Shown: piece after piece, positions 11,846 to 25,950 of the stretch
How the letters are laid out: each line of letters opens with the position of its first letter
Numbering within the stretch: the first letter of the stretch is position 1
Assembly: GCA_964035545.1 (NCBI GenBank)
Contig: OZ037772.1
Location: forward strand, 7,300,889 to 7,364,888
DNA: 64,000 nucleotides
From: Bugula neritina
Taxonomy: Eukaryota > Animalia > Bryozoa
Direction of reading: 5' to 3'
The notes under the pieces: generated by a model
What the model was told of the DNA's origin: nothing
What the model saw: only the letters and a program-made list of their open reading frames with translations
The model's database searches: none
Program-made: the position numbers and the translations under genes

Positions 11846-14800
11846 TTAATTACAACTTTGGTAGACTCTAAAAGTACTTCCAGTGTAATAACCACACCCC
11901 TTCTGTAGACACAGGATCATCTCATAAAGCTGCTCGTGATGTACATACAGTCCATTCCGAGACACACCTTGAAGCTGCAATAAAAGTCACAGGGTAGATA
12001 ACTCCTAAATCTCCAGATACAATATATTATAATTAATTTGAAACAAATTATTAGAAGGTAGTTTTTAGAACTTTGTACAAAAGGCCTTCAGCTTGTTGTT
12101 TAAGATTCGAAGCTAAACTATAATCAGCAGTGAGCAAAATACAGAGACAATTGCCTTAATGCGATATTTAACAGTTGATTTTTGAAAATTTTACCTAAAT
12201 ATCTAGACTTTTTAAAAAGTGACTATATCAACTGCATTATTTATACATATATATTCAAATGGAATCTAATGTATTATTTTATCTTAACCATATGGATATA
12301 TAACTGTTTCGTGTAAAATTTAATTTTTAAAAACATGATGTAAAATAAAATAATATTTTATAAGAAGAAAGACTCTTACATTGAAACGATCTTCTTCACA
12401 TGACTCATTCACACTGCCATCAATCAGATGTCTGATAATGTCGACACTCTGACTCAGGTGGTTGAAACAAGTGCTCATGTCACTATATTCTGCCTCCAGG
12501 TGACATTTGTGATGTTTTAGTCTTTCTACTATGTTCACACTTCCATCCTATAATATATATACCGAAAAAATAACTGATTATGGTAGTTGACATGTTCTAA
12601 AATTGAAATCTTAGTTTGTTACTGATAATTTTATAAACATACCTAAAATAAAATACAAAGCTTTAAGCTTAGTCAATTGTTGTTCATACCAAAAACTTTA
12701 ATATATAAGTACGATAGATTTCTATAAAATGACTGTATAGTTATGCCGTAAATTGCCTAAAATATATTTTTGGTTATAATAGTGCTTACAAATAATTAAC
12801 TTAAAATAATTTGCATTAAAATATTATAAAAGCTAATGATAATATTATAGGATGAGATTATATATTGACCTGAACACCAGCGCAGTTCAAAGTTCGTGAA
12901 GTGTGTGATGGAGTTCCTTGAGCACACAACTCTGTTCTCTGAAAATATCGAATAGAAAAATTGTATAAAAATGTTCATAGATAAAATTATTACATGCTGA
13001 TTGTACTTTGAATGTAAATATAAATATTTTTTAAATAATTCTACTTCATATAATTTTGAATTTACAGAGCAATAACTTTAAAAGAAACATAATATAGTTG
13101 CTATATGATTTAGACAAATGACTATGCAGCAGCTAAATTAACTCACACCCTTTATGTTAATAGGTGAAGGGAGCAGCCGTGGTCTAGGGGTTAGAGTGTT
13201 TGCCTAGTAAACATGAAGGTCATGGGTTCGAGCCCAGACAATCACCGGCTTTCTATGTACCGATCTTAGATTGATCTTGCTGAGATCGATCCATGGAAAG
13301 ACGCCAAAGATCGATCTCAGTCGTTCTGAGCTGGTCAGTCTGTAGAGCTCGAACTCAGATCGATCTCAATGCAATAAGACCATGGAAAGACGCCAGATCG
13401 ATCCGAGAAGTAGAAAAATGACTGCTCGCTAAAATGTTGTCTGCTAATAAAAATGATAACTTATTGTTAATTACTAAGGAAAGTACTTAATAATTAAGAT
13501 AGCCACCTTTTTAAGTGGCAAAACTTTGACTTTCAGTAAAATGATTAGGAAAACTTAATTATGTAAAATTATGGACGGTAGAAGGTACAAAAAGTGAGAG
13601 CATTTAAATTGAATTTAAACGACTAGTATAACGCACTGTCATTAGTTATTTGCTGCGTAATTTTAAGCCTAATAGTTCCGTAAGTTTATGAATAAGCTGC
13701 ACAACAGCTATTAATTTTATATAAGCTGTCAAGCTAAAATATTAAAATTAATTACATTAAATTGGCTAAATTACTTCATACTAAAAGCTTTACTGCGTAG
13801 AGTTTATAGCTGACGGTAAATTTTAGACTATGAAAATTTTGTTTTTCAACAGCAGTAGCTTTCATCACTCAGGTGGGTGAAAAAATTATGCTATTAAAGT
13901 AGTCTTTACCTAAGAGGAGGCAACTCCGAGAGATCGATCTGACACTCTCATGGAAAAACGATCGATCTGAGCACATGTCTCAGATCGATCTCAGCGAGAT
14001 CGATCTGAGATCGGTACATGGAAAGCCCGTGATTGGCCATTGGTGATGTTAGGAAGAGCATCCAGTCATAATTGCTCTTGTGGCTCATTTAAATAAGTCC
14101 TTAACCCGCTTTAACAAAACCCCTTTTTATCATGGGTTTCTTACAGGGATAGTGACTATAAACTTGCGTGAGTTTTTTATGTTATTAGGTGCAAATTGTC
14201 CTAAAAGTTACAGTCAAAAATCAACAACACTGTGTCATTGTGAACTTGGGTTGTATAGTTAGTATAATAATAAAACTTACAAAAAAATGGTTTGAGAGTT
14301 GTACTATCTCTCTGTGAGCCTGAGCTAGCTCTATTCTAGCCACAAAACCACAGAAGTCACTGGGTACAGCTCTTTTGTTTCTCAAAACCTCTTTAATCTT
14401 ATTGGCTCTAAAATAATTTATTCTACTTTACAATGTATATTAGACAAGGATTTTATTGCTTCTACAAACATATTATTACAAGTTTGTTGACATATATGTC
14501 TAAATTTATACTAATAAAAAACTGTCATTATTTTAATCAGCTAAATAATCATACAATGATATAATATTCAGCACACATTATCATTTTCTGTCTTTTATCA
14601 ACATGCAAGTACAATGAAAGTTCATCAAATTAAATTTATTCTTAGATTACAATACCTTTGAGATGCTTGAGTGCTGATAGCTGCCAGTTCAACAGTTGTT
14701 ATGCAACAGACGACCAGAAGAAGTTTTGAATTATCTAAAACAAATAGATATGTATAAATAATATATAGTTATAATGCTGGTTCTTATTAATGTATAAGTA

Positions 14801-14864
14801 GTATTTGTGTGTTTTAGTTTTATTTAATTGATATAGGTATAAATAATAATAAAAACTTACCCAT
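11846..14864 (-). CDS. Secreted Cys-rich helical protein, paralog 2 (191 aa)
   Basis: Exons 14864-14861, 14734-14656, 14407-14281, 12938-12870, 12547-12380, 11974-11846. MDNSKLLLVVCCITTVELAAISTQASQRANKIKEVLRNKR/AVPSDFCGFVARIELAQAHREIVQLSNHFFRTELCAQGTPSHTSRTLNCAGVQDGSVNIVERLKHHKCHLEAEYSDMSTCFNHLSQSVDIIRHLIDGSVNESCEEDRFNLQGVSRNGLYVHHEQLYEMILCLQKGCGYYTGSTFRVYQSCN*. Confidence 0.9.
13167..14178 (+). mobile_element. SINE family 1, split by MITE
   Basis: Head 13167-13240, body 14035-14178; TSD tttatgtta(a/t)taggtg. Confidence 0.88.
13243..14031. mobile_element. MITE copy 2 (inverted relative to copy 1), nested in a SINE within intron 3 of paralog 2
   Basis: Same TIRs and internal sequence as 6909-7597; interrupts the SINE between gcccagaca and ggccattgg. 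Confidence 0.92.
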
Positions 14865-14965
14865 AGTATAAAACTGCAGTGTATGTTTGTTAACAAAACT
14901 ACTATATTTTATTCCAGTTGCTAGAAAGCTCGATTACATTGTGCTAAATTAATGAAACTTTGCGA

Positions 14966-15200
14966 CTTTATATATCTTAAGGGAAATTAATTTATTCAAA
15001 ATTTTTAATTTAAATATTTATTACTTGTTTGTACAAGATTATTTTGCTCAAATTAGATTTATATCAAATAGCGATGTCTATTTTTGGGCTCTTTTTATTA
15101 TGTTCATGGGTTGATTCACTGAGCCGTATTTATATATATATACACTGACGTACGCAGATATTATGTTATGTAAATTAGTCAAATTGACGTTACAATGGAA
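14966..15200 (-). promoter_or_regulatory. Promoter of paralog 2
   Basis: TATA 14966-14975, TTATGTAA 15166-15173, TGACGTTA 15185-15192. Confidence 0.65.
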
Positions 15201-16619
15201 CACAGTTTTGTAAGTGTGAAAAGTGATGAGCTTTATAATGATTAAAAATTTATGTTGTTTTGAATTTAATATAGCTAATATATTTATTATAAAGAAAATC
15301 GTAAGATGTTTAAAGTAAGATACTAATTGAACAATTACAAGCGTGATAATAATACTTTATCTAAAATATTGCAATAATTGAAATATAAGCTTGAGTTGAC
15401 AGAAAAACTATCATGAAATTTGTGAAAATCGTGTAGGTGTAAAATAAGTAAATGTGTGATTATAAAAACAACTCCTTAACTATTTTGAACAATAATAAAT
15501 TTCTTTGAATGAACGGAAGCTATTGTAGAATTTGCATAATATATATGAATTCAAAAGCCTTGAAATCCGCAGAGTAAACTTATTCATAGCATATATGCTC
15601 CGAAACTTTGCACTTTTCTTGCAATCTAATAAATATGACTCAAGTAAATTAATGTGAATTTTGGCAGGCATCTCAAACTTTCACATTTTCATATTTTTAC
15701 ATAATTTATGGAAGTCGTGCAGTTTACAGAAGTTGAGCAGAAACTGCCAAGTTTTATCAGAGGACATCAAGCTAAGTCTCTATGCTATACTTATTGTTAT
15801 ATTATAGATCACTTTGTAAAATCTGCTGTTTCAAATCCTAAATAACACACTTGAGTTTGCAGAACAAAAATGAAAGGTCACATTCAAGCAACGTATAAAA
15901 GTTTTCATTAGGTCTTTATTGGGCATTTGGAACAAAGAATTTTTTTTGACAAGTGCTATATAATACGAAATTAGTGAAATATTTATAATTTTATTTTCTC
16001 AATCAGTTGAAACTATACAATATTCTCGTTGAATGAACTACAATTCAATAAAACTTATTCTGTTGCGTAATGTGAATTACTTTGACAGATATATTTAGCA
16101 AAACTTCATGAAGAGATAAATAATAATTTTATTGGAGGAGGGGGGGGGGGTTAGCAGAACTGAAAATAATGGTATGATCATAAATTATTAAAGTAGTCAA
16201 CCACTAAGTGTTAAAATTATAGTTACCAATATTTCTTGTAGATCTGAAATACAAAAGAGTTATTTAGTTATATAATAAGCAACTACGAAAAACTTTTCCT
16301 TGGCAATACCATTAGATTATCTCTTACAATAGCTCAAGTATATATAATAGTGTTATAAAAAAATAGTGTATATAATGTCAACCTATAAAAATAATTTATT
16401 AGCATAAATAATCCATAAATATAAAATGAATTGGGACTGGTTGAGCCAAATATTTCATTTTTGAAAACAGTTTTTGAATAAAGTTATTGTCAATGTCTAA
16501 AAGTCAGTCCTATGCTGCTGTATTCTTTGTCTATTAATAGTAAATACATAATTATTTTCCTCCCTAATAGATAAAGTTAATATCTAGCCTGTAAGAATTT
16601 TGGCACAACTCGTCTCTGT

Positions 16620-17812
16620 ATATGCGGGGCAAGTTGAACTGCCTTGTGGGAAAGTTGAACCAGTGCCATTTATATTATAATATAAATTTATCCAATTGCA
16701 TTTGGAGAGTAGAATAATGATTTAATAGAGGTTTTTAGAAAAACACAGAAAGATAATTAATTAGCATAAACAAGTATAGCAGGAACTTTTGATGTGATGT
16801 GTCATAGTAACCGCAATATAGACTTCTCAAAGATAGGTGATGCAGAAAATACTTTAGCACCTCAGGCAGCAGCAAGTGGGTAAGCAAGTTTTCAAAAGTT
16901 GCCTTTCCATAGTTTATCTTAAACAAGCATATAGTAACAGATTTAAAGTGGGGTTCTCTAGCTCATATAGAATAAGAAAATACGAGGCATGACTTTCTTA
17001 GATGGCTGTTTGAAGGCTCTCAACAATGTCACATGATTTATGCCTGTCCTTATAGTAGCAGCATGCGTTATGCCGTACTGCTTTGCTTTAGCATATATTT
17101 ATTGCTGTAGCTAAGTTTTCCTATAAACTGCTCCCTGTTTGTTTCTGTATGTTTTTGCATTAATCTGAAAACATTGGCAGAATATTTGAATTACATGCTG
17201 TAGATCTAGAGGTTCATTTGTTCTAGGACTAAAATGCGCATGCTTATATATTTTTTATATAATTAAGATAAAGATCAAATTAAATGCAAAAATGGTGTGC
17301 CCATGCAATTACAACTAATTACATAGTAAAAGTAATTAGTGGCAAAAGTTGAACATGGTTCAACTTGCCCTATACTTTTTATTGCAGTTCAACTAGCCCC
17401 ATGCTGCCGCATGCTACAAATTATTGTCAATATTTGTTGTGAACGCAGCTAGGATATGCTTGCAACTTTAGATTATTTATACCTGCAGGTTTTAGATCAT
17501 GCATTGTTGGCAATACATGCCTAAATTTATTTGACTGAATTATGAAAGCATGAGAAGCAATACATATATATTTTTATAGAAATATAAATTTTTAATTCGC
17601 TCTGTTATTATGCAAATAAAGATGGAAAAAAGGCTCGCCTGAAAATAACTGCTTTGATTCCATATATACTTTAATACATCTGATAATTCACTTAGAAAGC
17701 TCTTATGTAAAGGAGGTAAAATAATGCAATGATGTAAAGAAGAAAATTTCGAGCATTTGCAGTTCTTATAAGCTATCCCTATAATGCAGGTCCAACTAGC
17801 CCCACCCTTCCT
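16620..17812 (-). mobile_element. Degraded pogo/Fot1-like (HTH-psq, DDE_1 type) DNA transposon relic
   Basis: Terminal and subterminal ggggcaagttgaac / gt(t/c)caactagcccc inverted motifs (16627, ~17360-17400, ~17790); frameshifted minus-strand peptides resembling HTH-psq (ENLATAI...GINHVTLLR) and FL..HLSLR. Confidence 0.55.
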
Positions 17813-19904
17813 GACATTAGTATAAAAAAACTTTAAACTCCACATATAACAAGTTTTCCTAAAAGAAAGTTAGAATTTTCTATTAAAAATTGACATATAA
17901 TTGTCACAGATTTAAAGTGAATATTATATATTAATTATATGTTAATTTCAATATATATAAAACTATTATGTTTGTTTCAATTCGACTATATATTTATATA
18001 CTAGGTAAAAATCTACTACCAACAACTCTAGTATATGTAAATGAAATAAAATGAAAAATTCTGGCTGGCAACCATTAAACATTTCATTGTCCATATTTGA
18101 ATAAATTATCTATAAAAATACTATAGTATAAATATGTTACAAACTTAGTGTGAATTGTCAACTCGTGAATGATTAATTATCCAAGTTGTCTATAAATAAA
18201 TACATTCATATAAATATATAAATAGATTCTAATAAACACAGTTGATATGGACTTGGTTTTCAATAACTCAAAAAAACTAGGTTGAATTACATTAACAAAT
18301 CAGATTCTGCCTTAAAATAGATAAGCATATTATTAGCCTATGCTTTATAGTTTAGTTTTGACACATGTATAATAACATATATCATTCCTTAAAGCAGAAG
18401 AGAGTCCTGTAACAATTAGGTGTAAACATAGCTTTACATTGGCAATCATTATAATTGATCTATCACAGTTGCCTGGATAATGTCTATTTATACCAGAAAG
18501 CTTACTTGATTCTATTTTTTATGAATGAGATGTAAAAATTCTGGAGCCCTTCGATAAAGCTATTTTAAAGAACTGTGAAATTGAATAGAATAATTATTCA
18601 ATTAATTTTCTGTGATAATGAAGAGTATATAAATATATTATAGCAATCATGTTAATAATTTATTGTCATGCAAACAAATTATAAAGATAATGTTTATGTT
18701 TTTAATGTTAAACATTTATATTTGTTCAAGTTATAGCCTTCAGTACTAAATGATCTTTTGGTGTGCTTCTTTTTTGTTCTTTATTCTTTTTAAAACAAAC
18801 TCAAGCAAATACATGTATTTTTATTGAACACCATGAGTAAGCTTTTAATTTTATTGGCCAGTGCAAGGTAATAATTCTCTGTGTATTACTTGTTTGAAAG
18901 AATTTATTTTTGATAACCCAGTGACAACTAAACTAAAAACTAAAACTAAAATTTATAGTATGTTTTATATCAATAGACATTTCAATAATTAAATGCATTC
19001 TTAAAATTTGGATGAATAAAATGGTTATATACTGCATGAAATGTAACTAAATTTGATATTTTAATCATTTGATTACATAAACCTATTCTATCTTTTCTTT
19101 ATTTATTTTCATCATTAATTGAACATTGAATATTTTATAATAGTTATAATATAGTTATATAATTTATACATTTAATTTATAATAATATTTCTATATGACC
19201 ATCATATAGTGGTTTTTATAGGAATAGTATATAATCATTGTTTATGTAGCAGTCATCTAACTTATATATAGATATAGTCATTATAAATATATATAATAAT
19301 TATATATATTAAATACCGACAATAGTCTTAATAATTAAAACATGATATAATAAAATCAAAACACAGTTTGCTAAACATATCTTTTTCTTAAAGAAGACGT
19401 AGCAAAGAATAAACCATAGCCATGTAAAATTTCACCAGCGACGTTTTTATAGCAATAAGACAAAGAATTCAGTTTAGTCAATTTTCTTGGAAGCACATAT
19501 ATGGCTCACACACTCGCGTGCATTTAGGATTTTATAAGGAAGCCATAGTTCAGCAAGGTATGTGATAATTAATCCAGTTCCAATTTGAATGTTAGTTTGA
19601 ATAAATTATTTATATTCTATAAAAATACTAGAGTAATCCATTACAAACCTCATTTAGGTTGTCAACCCATGAATGGTTTATGAGTTTAGGGATTCTAGAA
19701 AAAGAATTTACTTCCTATGAATATCTCACTAAATTTGAATCATTAATCATGTATACTCAGTGAACAAATGGACAAAGCTAGCAAGAGTACATATAGTGGC
19801 AACATTCAAAACTTAGTTATGCTTCAATTAAGACACAAGTATGCATGATTTATGTATATGACTATTTTTTCTCGCCTATCTCCGCTTTGTCCTGTTCAGA
19901 CTCA

Positions 19905-20115
19905 AAAAAGTTTATAGTCACTATCCCTGTGTGTAACCCCTGGTGGATAGGGTTTTTGTTATAGCACGCCAAGCTAAGAATTATTTAAATGAGGCCCAAA
20001 AGCAATTACCACTGGATGCTCTTCCTAACATCACCAAAGGCTTATGTCTGGGCTCGAACCCATAATCTTGTGCTTACTAGGCAAACACTCTAACCCCTAG
20101 ACCATGGCTACTCCC
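19905..20115 (-). mobile_element. SINE family 1
   Basis: Diverged reverse-complement copy. Confidence 0.8.
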
Positions 20116-20124
20116 TATATGACT

Positions 20125-20823
<699 letters not shown>

Positions 20824-22940
20824 AGCAATTAGCTAAACAGACTCTGAACATTAACATAAAACTAAAATACTATGCATACCTAATTGTTTACTTTTATAAC
20901 AAAAGATAACTGATACTAATTAAGATGACCAAACAATCTTTAATATCTCTCGTCTCAATAAGTTATCGAATACATATGTTACAAGAATAAAGAAAACTAT
21001 GAAATTATAAAAATGAAAGTAATTATAGGTATAAAACATGAAGTCAATTATTTCTTGGTTGATTGCCACTTTTGAGAAAACAAAATAGTCGGCCAAATAC
21101 ATTTCAATCTATTAAAGTTAAAAAATATAAAAAACTGTGTTATATTCATATTTTCTATAAATTATATGAAACAGTATTGTGGCTACAGAAGAGGTGTACA
21201 AGTGATTTTAGTACACTGGAGAAACTTTTTATAGAGTTTACCAAAGTTTCAATTCCAAATAATACATTCATGCTTATCCTTTATTAATATTAATATGCAG
21301 TTTAATGATAAAAAGAGTATAACCTAATTAATTCAATTAGGATATTAATACATTTTTCAATGTTTTCTTTATTGATAAAAATATTTGTGACCCATATATG
21401 GATATTTTTTGTTTCATTTCATCAAGAAGTTTAATATAAAGTTATTGCGAAACATAAAGGCATCACCCAAAAGGAGGTAACAATTTACATTTCATGTTCA
21501 ACACTATATATATTATAAAACAGCTTTTATTGTTAATTCTTTTATTTATATACTTTTCATTTCGTACTCAGTATATTATAGGAAATAACCTGGTGCCGTA
21601 AGATAGTTGTATGTAATATGTCTAATGTCTTCAACCTTGAACAAGAACTTTTGTTGGTACATATGTTTGTGCAATTAAACTTATAATAAAAACTTTGTAT
21701 ATTATACTGTAACACAGAAGTGTTAAAGATATAAATGTTGTCTTTTAGTTCACTTATTATAGGGTTACACCTGGCTTTGTGGTTGAAAAAGCTTGGGTTT
21801 ATGGATTGCCTGCACTCCACTCGCTGCTGTACCTTATCCATGCTTGCTTGTGTAGCTTTTAAATGACTTAAGTTATAGTTCAATGAGCAATGGAGTTTTG
21901 TTGTGTATCTCACTGACAGATGCATATGTAATAGATTCAGTTGCAAACAGTCACTCTCAGATCTCTGTTGTAAATAGTAATGAATTTTGTATAAAATATT
22001 ATAGTGTGTCAGCAGGAGACCAAAAGTCAGTAAAGTTTCATTTGTTTAATTTTGTTTTTTGTTTATAAAATCCTGCATTTTATTATTGTATTGCACCACA
22101 GTTATTTTATTGTTTTCTTTGTGATTTGGTTTCCATATTGGTATAGTTTATGTTAATTTAGGTTTCACGGCATATAAGATAAGTAAATAAAGAAGACACA
22201 GTGACACAGTGACACACTCACTAATTAGTATACAACCTCAGTCAAAGTTAAATACTCAGAAGTAGTTATAAGGATCAAAGTCCTGTCTCTGAATCACCAA
22301 TATATAAACTACAAAGCATCACCAAATGCCCAGTCAGCCAATCCTCAAATAATTATAGATTATTTCAATTTCAACTTCAATTTGCAATCAATTATTATAA
22401 CTACCATAATCATGGTGCATAAAAACAGGTTATCATGTATGAAAAATATTTCCACTTTGCTTGTCTCTCTCTTTCAAATAAATTTAAATAAAGTTGGCTA
22501 TATAGGGCTAAACCTTGTATATGCTAGCCGGTCAAAATAAAAGGGGTTAATTATTTGGTTTTTGTATTATCTAATTATACATGATGTTACTTTAAACAAA
22601 AACTGGAAATGTTTAAGGTAAAAATTGCATAACACTGTACATATATATGATAAGTAAAATATTAAAACTTATAAAACATGATCTGGGCCAAAATATATAA
22701 TATATAAAGAGTCATAATATTACAAATAATACAGAATGTATGTTAGACTGTTAAAACAGCCATACTTTGAGAGAAAGATAAGAATTTACAAAAATTTACT
22801 CTCGCATGTTACAGAGATACAAAAACATAAAAATGCTAAAAGCATTTAAAAAGACAGATAAAACATCTAAACAAACATATGCAAGAAAATTTATATAACA
22901 TTATATTCGAAGTATATATACTAAAAATTACAATACCTGC

Positions 22941-23321
<381 letters not shown>

Positions 23322-23337
23322 GTTAATATCATTTTGG

Positions 23338-25624
23338 TTAGTTACAACTTTGGTAGACTCTAAAAGTACTTCCAGTGTAATAACCACACCCCTTCTGTAG
23401 ACACAGGATCATCTCATAAAGCTGCTCGTGATGTAAATACAGTCCATTCCGGGACACACCTTGAAGCTGCAATACAAGTCACAGGGTAGATAACTCCTAA
23501 ATCTCCAGATACAACAATTGGTTTCTTTTTCTGACATGATTTTGAAACAATTATTTATAGAAAATATTAAACTGTTTGAAACCTCAGACTTTCAGTTTAG
23601 GATTTGAAGTCAAACTGTAATCAGCAAAAAGTAAAATACAGCAAAATTTTTATAAGTGATATAATAATTAGTTTTTGAAATATATTGCATAAAATTTTAA
23701 AAATTGTAATTGCTACAATATATTTTATAATGTATATGTCAAAGTAAACTATTATTCATGAGTTTATTATAGTGGCTGTTATTGTTTTTAATAGAAAATT
23801 TAAACTTTTAAAGATATGACTTGAAAATTTATAAACATGATTTAAAATAAAACAATTAATTAAATATTGTATTAATATTGTATTAGAACAAAGACTCTTA
23901 CAGTAACAGGATCTTCTTCACATGACTCATTCACACTGCCATCAACCAGATGTCTGATAATGTCGACACTCTGACTCAGGTGGTTGAAACAAGTGTTCAT
24001 GTCACTATATTCTGCCTCCAGGTGACATTTGTGATGTTTTAGTCTTTCTACTATGTTCACACTTCCATCCTATAATATACAGAAATGACAAGTTATAATC
24101 CTATTGTTTCAATAATATACCTGGTATAGTTTATATATAGGGTCTATGATTCAATGCTTTGTTTACTACTGGTACTTTAATTAAAACAATTGAAGACGAA
24201 AAATTTTTTTGTAGGTTTAGTTGCTTGTTGTCCATGATAAGAACCTAAATAAGTACATGCAGTATTTTTCCATTACTTGAAAGAATTTAGTTCAGTTTTC
24301 TAAAAGGACGTAAAATACATCTCTAAAAATGCTCACAAACTATTCATTTTAAAAACATTTTATTAGTAAAATTTATTAAAAAAATTTTGTGAAAAATTAT
24401 AATATTATAGAATGAGATTATATATTGACCTGAATAGCAGCGCAGTTCAAAGTTCGTAAAGTATGTGATGGAGTTCCATGAGCACACAACTCTGTTCTCT
24501 GAAAATACAAAAATAGAAGAATTGTCTAAAAATGTTGATTGAAAATAGTCATTACATAGTAGTGTTTCAAATGCAAATCTAAAATGTTTAAAACCTGTGC
24601 TTCTTAGAATTATGAATTCACAGAACAATAAGCTTAAAAAAAATATTTATATAACATTAAATGAAGGACTAAATGAACCAACATACTGAGTTTTAAAGTA
24701 AATGAAACATATTGTGATAAATTTCGCTAAATCTCTACTCCAAAAAACCCAATAAAGTTAGGATAAAATTCTACCAATACTTTTATACAAATATGAGAAA
24801 TGTTCATGTTTGGAGCGCTAATAATGTGTTTATTTTCAATAATTATCACAAAACTATCACGAACTTAAAATGTCATACTAAACTTTTTACCAGCGCCAAG
24901 TCTCCATTATAGAACTTATAACAGGTAGCTAAAAGGCATGTAATATAACATTGCATGCTCTCAATTGGAACATCAGTAATCAAGTTAGTAACAAAAAGTT
25001 TGCTTTTTCAAGCAATTAGAATCTGAGTAATTGTATGGTGAATATTATATAATAACAGAACTTACAACAAAACGAGTGGACAAGTGCTTTATTTCTCTGT
25101 GTGCCTGAGCTAGTTCTATTCTACCCACAAAGCCACATAAGTGTCCTGGTACAGATCTTCTATTTCTAGAAACTTTTTCGCTGCTACTATTTCTAAAATT
25201 ATTCAAGTTTCTTAGTATTTATTTATGATTCTGCTTACAAGCACTGCAGTAAAAGGTTTATTTACAAATTGGCCTAAACTAATATTATTTATAAAATATT
25301 CTCATTATTTGATCAGCTAAATCTGACAGTGATATAAACTTAAAACTTTCTGAATTTTATCAACTAATTACCATGCAAATAGTGTGAAAATTAAAAAAAA
25401 TTCTTTTAGATTATTATAATACCTTTGAGATGTTTGAGTGCTGATAGCTGCCAGTTCAACAGCTGTTATGCAACATAGGATCAGAAAAAGGTTTAAGTTA
25501 TCTAAAACAAAGAAATAATATAATTAATGCAATTTTTTATTTATATATTATTACAAGTAATGTTTTTCTGTCTTATAGTTTGATTCACCTAAAAAATACA
25601 TAAAGAATGGTAAAACTTACCCAT
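23338..25624 (-). CDS. Secreted Cys-rich helical protein, paralog 3 (191 aa)
   Basis: Exons 25624-25621, 25501-25423, 25192-25066, 24498-24430, 24069-23902, 23466-23338. MDNLNLFLILCCITAVELAAISTQTSQRNSSSEKVSRNRR/SVPGHLCGFVGRIELAQAHREIKHLSTRFVRTELCAHGTPSHTLRTLNCAAIQDGSVNIVERLKHHKCHLEAEY...LCLQKGCGYYTGSTFRVYQSCN*. The last three exons are nearly identical to paralog 2. Confidence 0.9.
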
Positions 25625-25729
25625 ATAGTTAACAAGATGTACTCTTTATTTATAACAAAACTAATATATTTTATTCTAGTTGCTAGAAAACTTGGCTTTA
25701 ATGTGTTATAGGTTGATGGAACTTTGTGA

Positions 25730-25950
25730 CTTTTATATATATATGGCAAAAATAAATGTATTCACAATTTCCAATATAAATATGTATTATTTGTTTTTAC
25801 AAGAATAATTTACCCAACATAGATTTGTATCAAAAGGTGGCGTCTATTTTTGAGCTGTTTATTATTTCAATGGATTGCTTCACTGAATTGTATATATATA
25901 CTGAGTTACAGAGTTATGTAAATTGGTCAAACTGACGTTACAATGTAATT
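25730..25950 (-). promoter_or_regulatory. Promoter of paralog 3
   Basis: TATA 25730-25740, TTATGTAA 25914-25921, TGACGTTA 25933-25940. Confidence 0.65.

Noticed and set aside
21740-21860. FTYYR / LWLKKLG fragments resembling a transposon-associated P2X7-C-like domain
   Set aside because: Needs several frameshifts; cannot be supported without a profile search.
25066-25192. HLCG / FLCG after a dibasic site resembles an insulin B-chain
   Set aside because: No second B-chain Cys at the insulin spacing and no CCxxxCx8C A-chain; length and exon layout do not fit insulin-like peptides.
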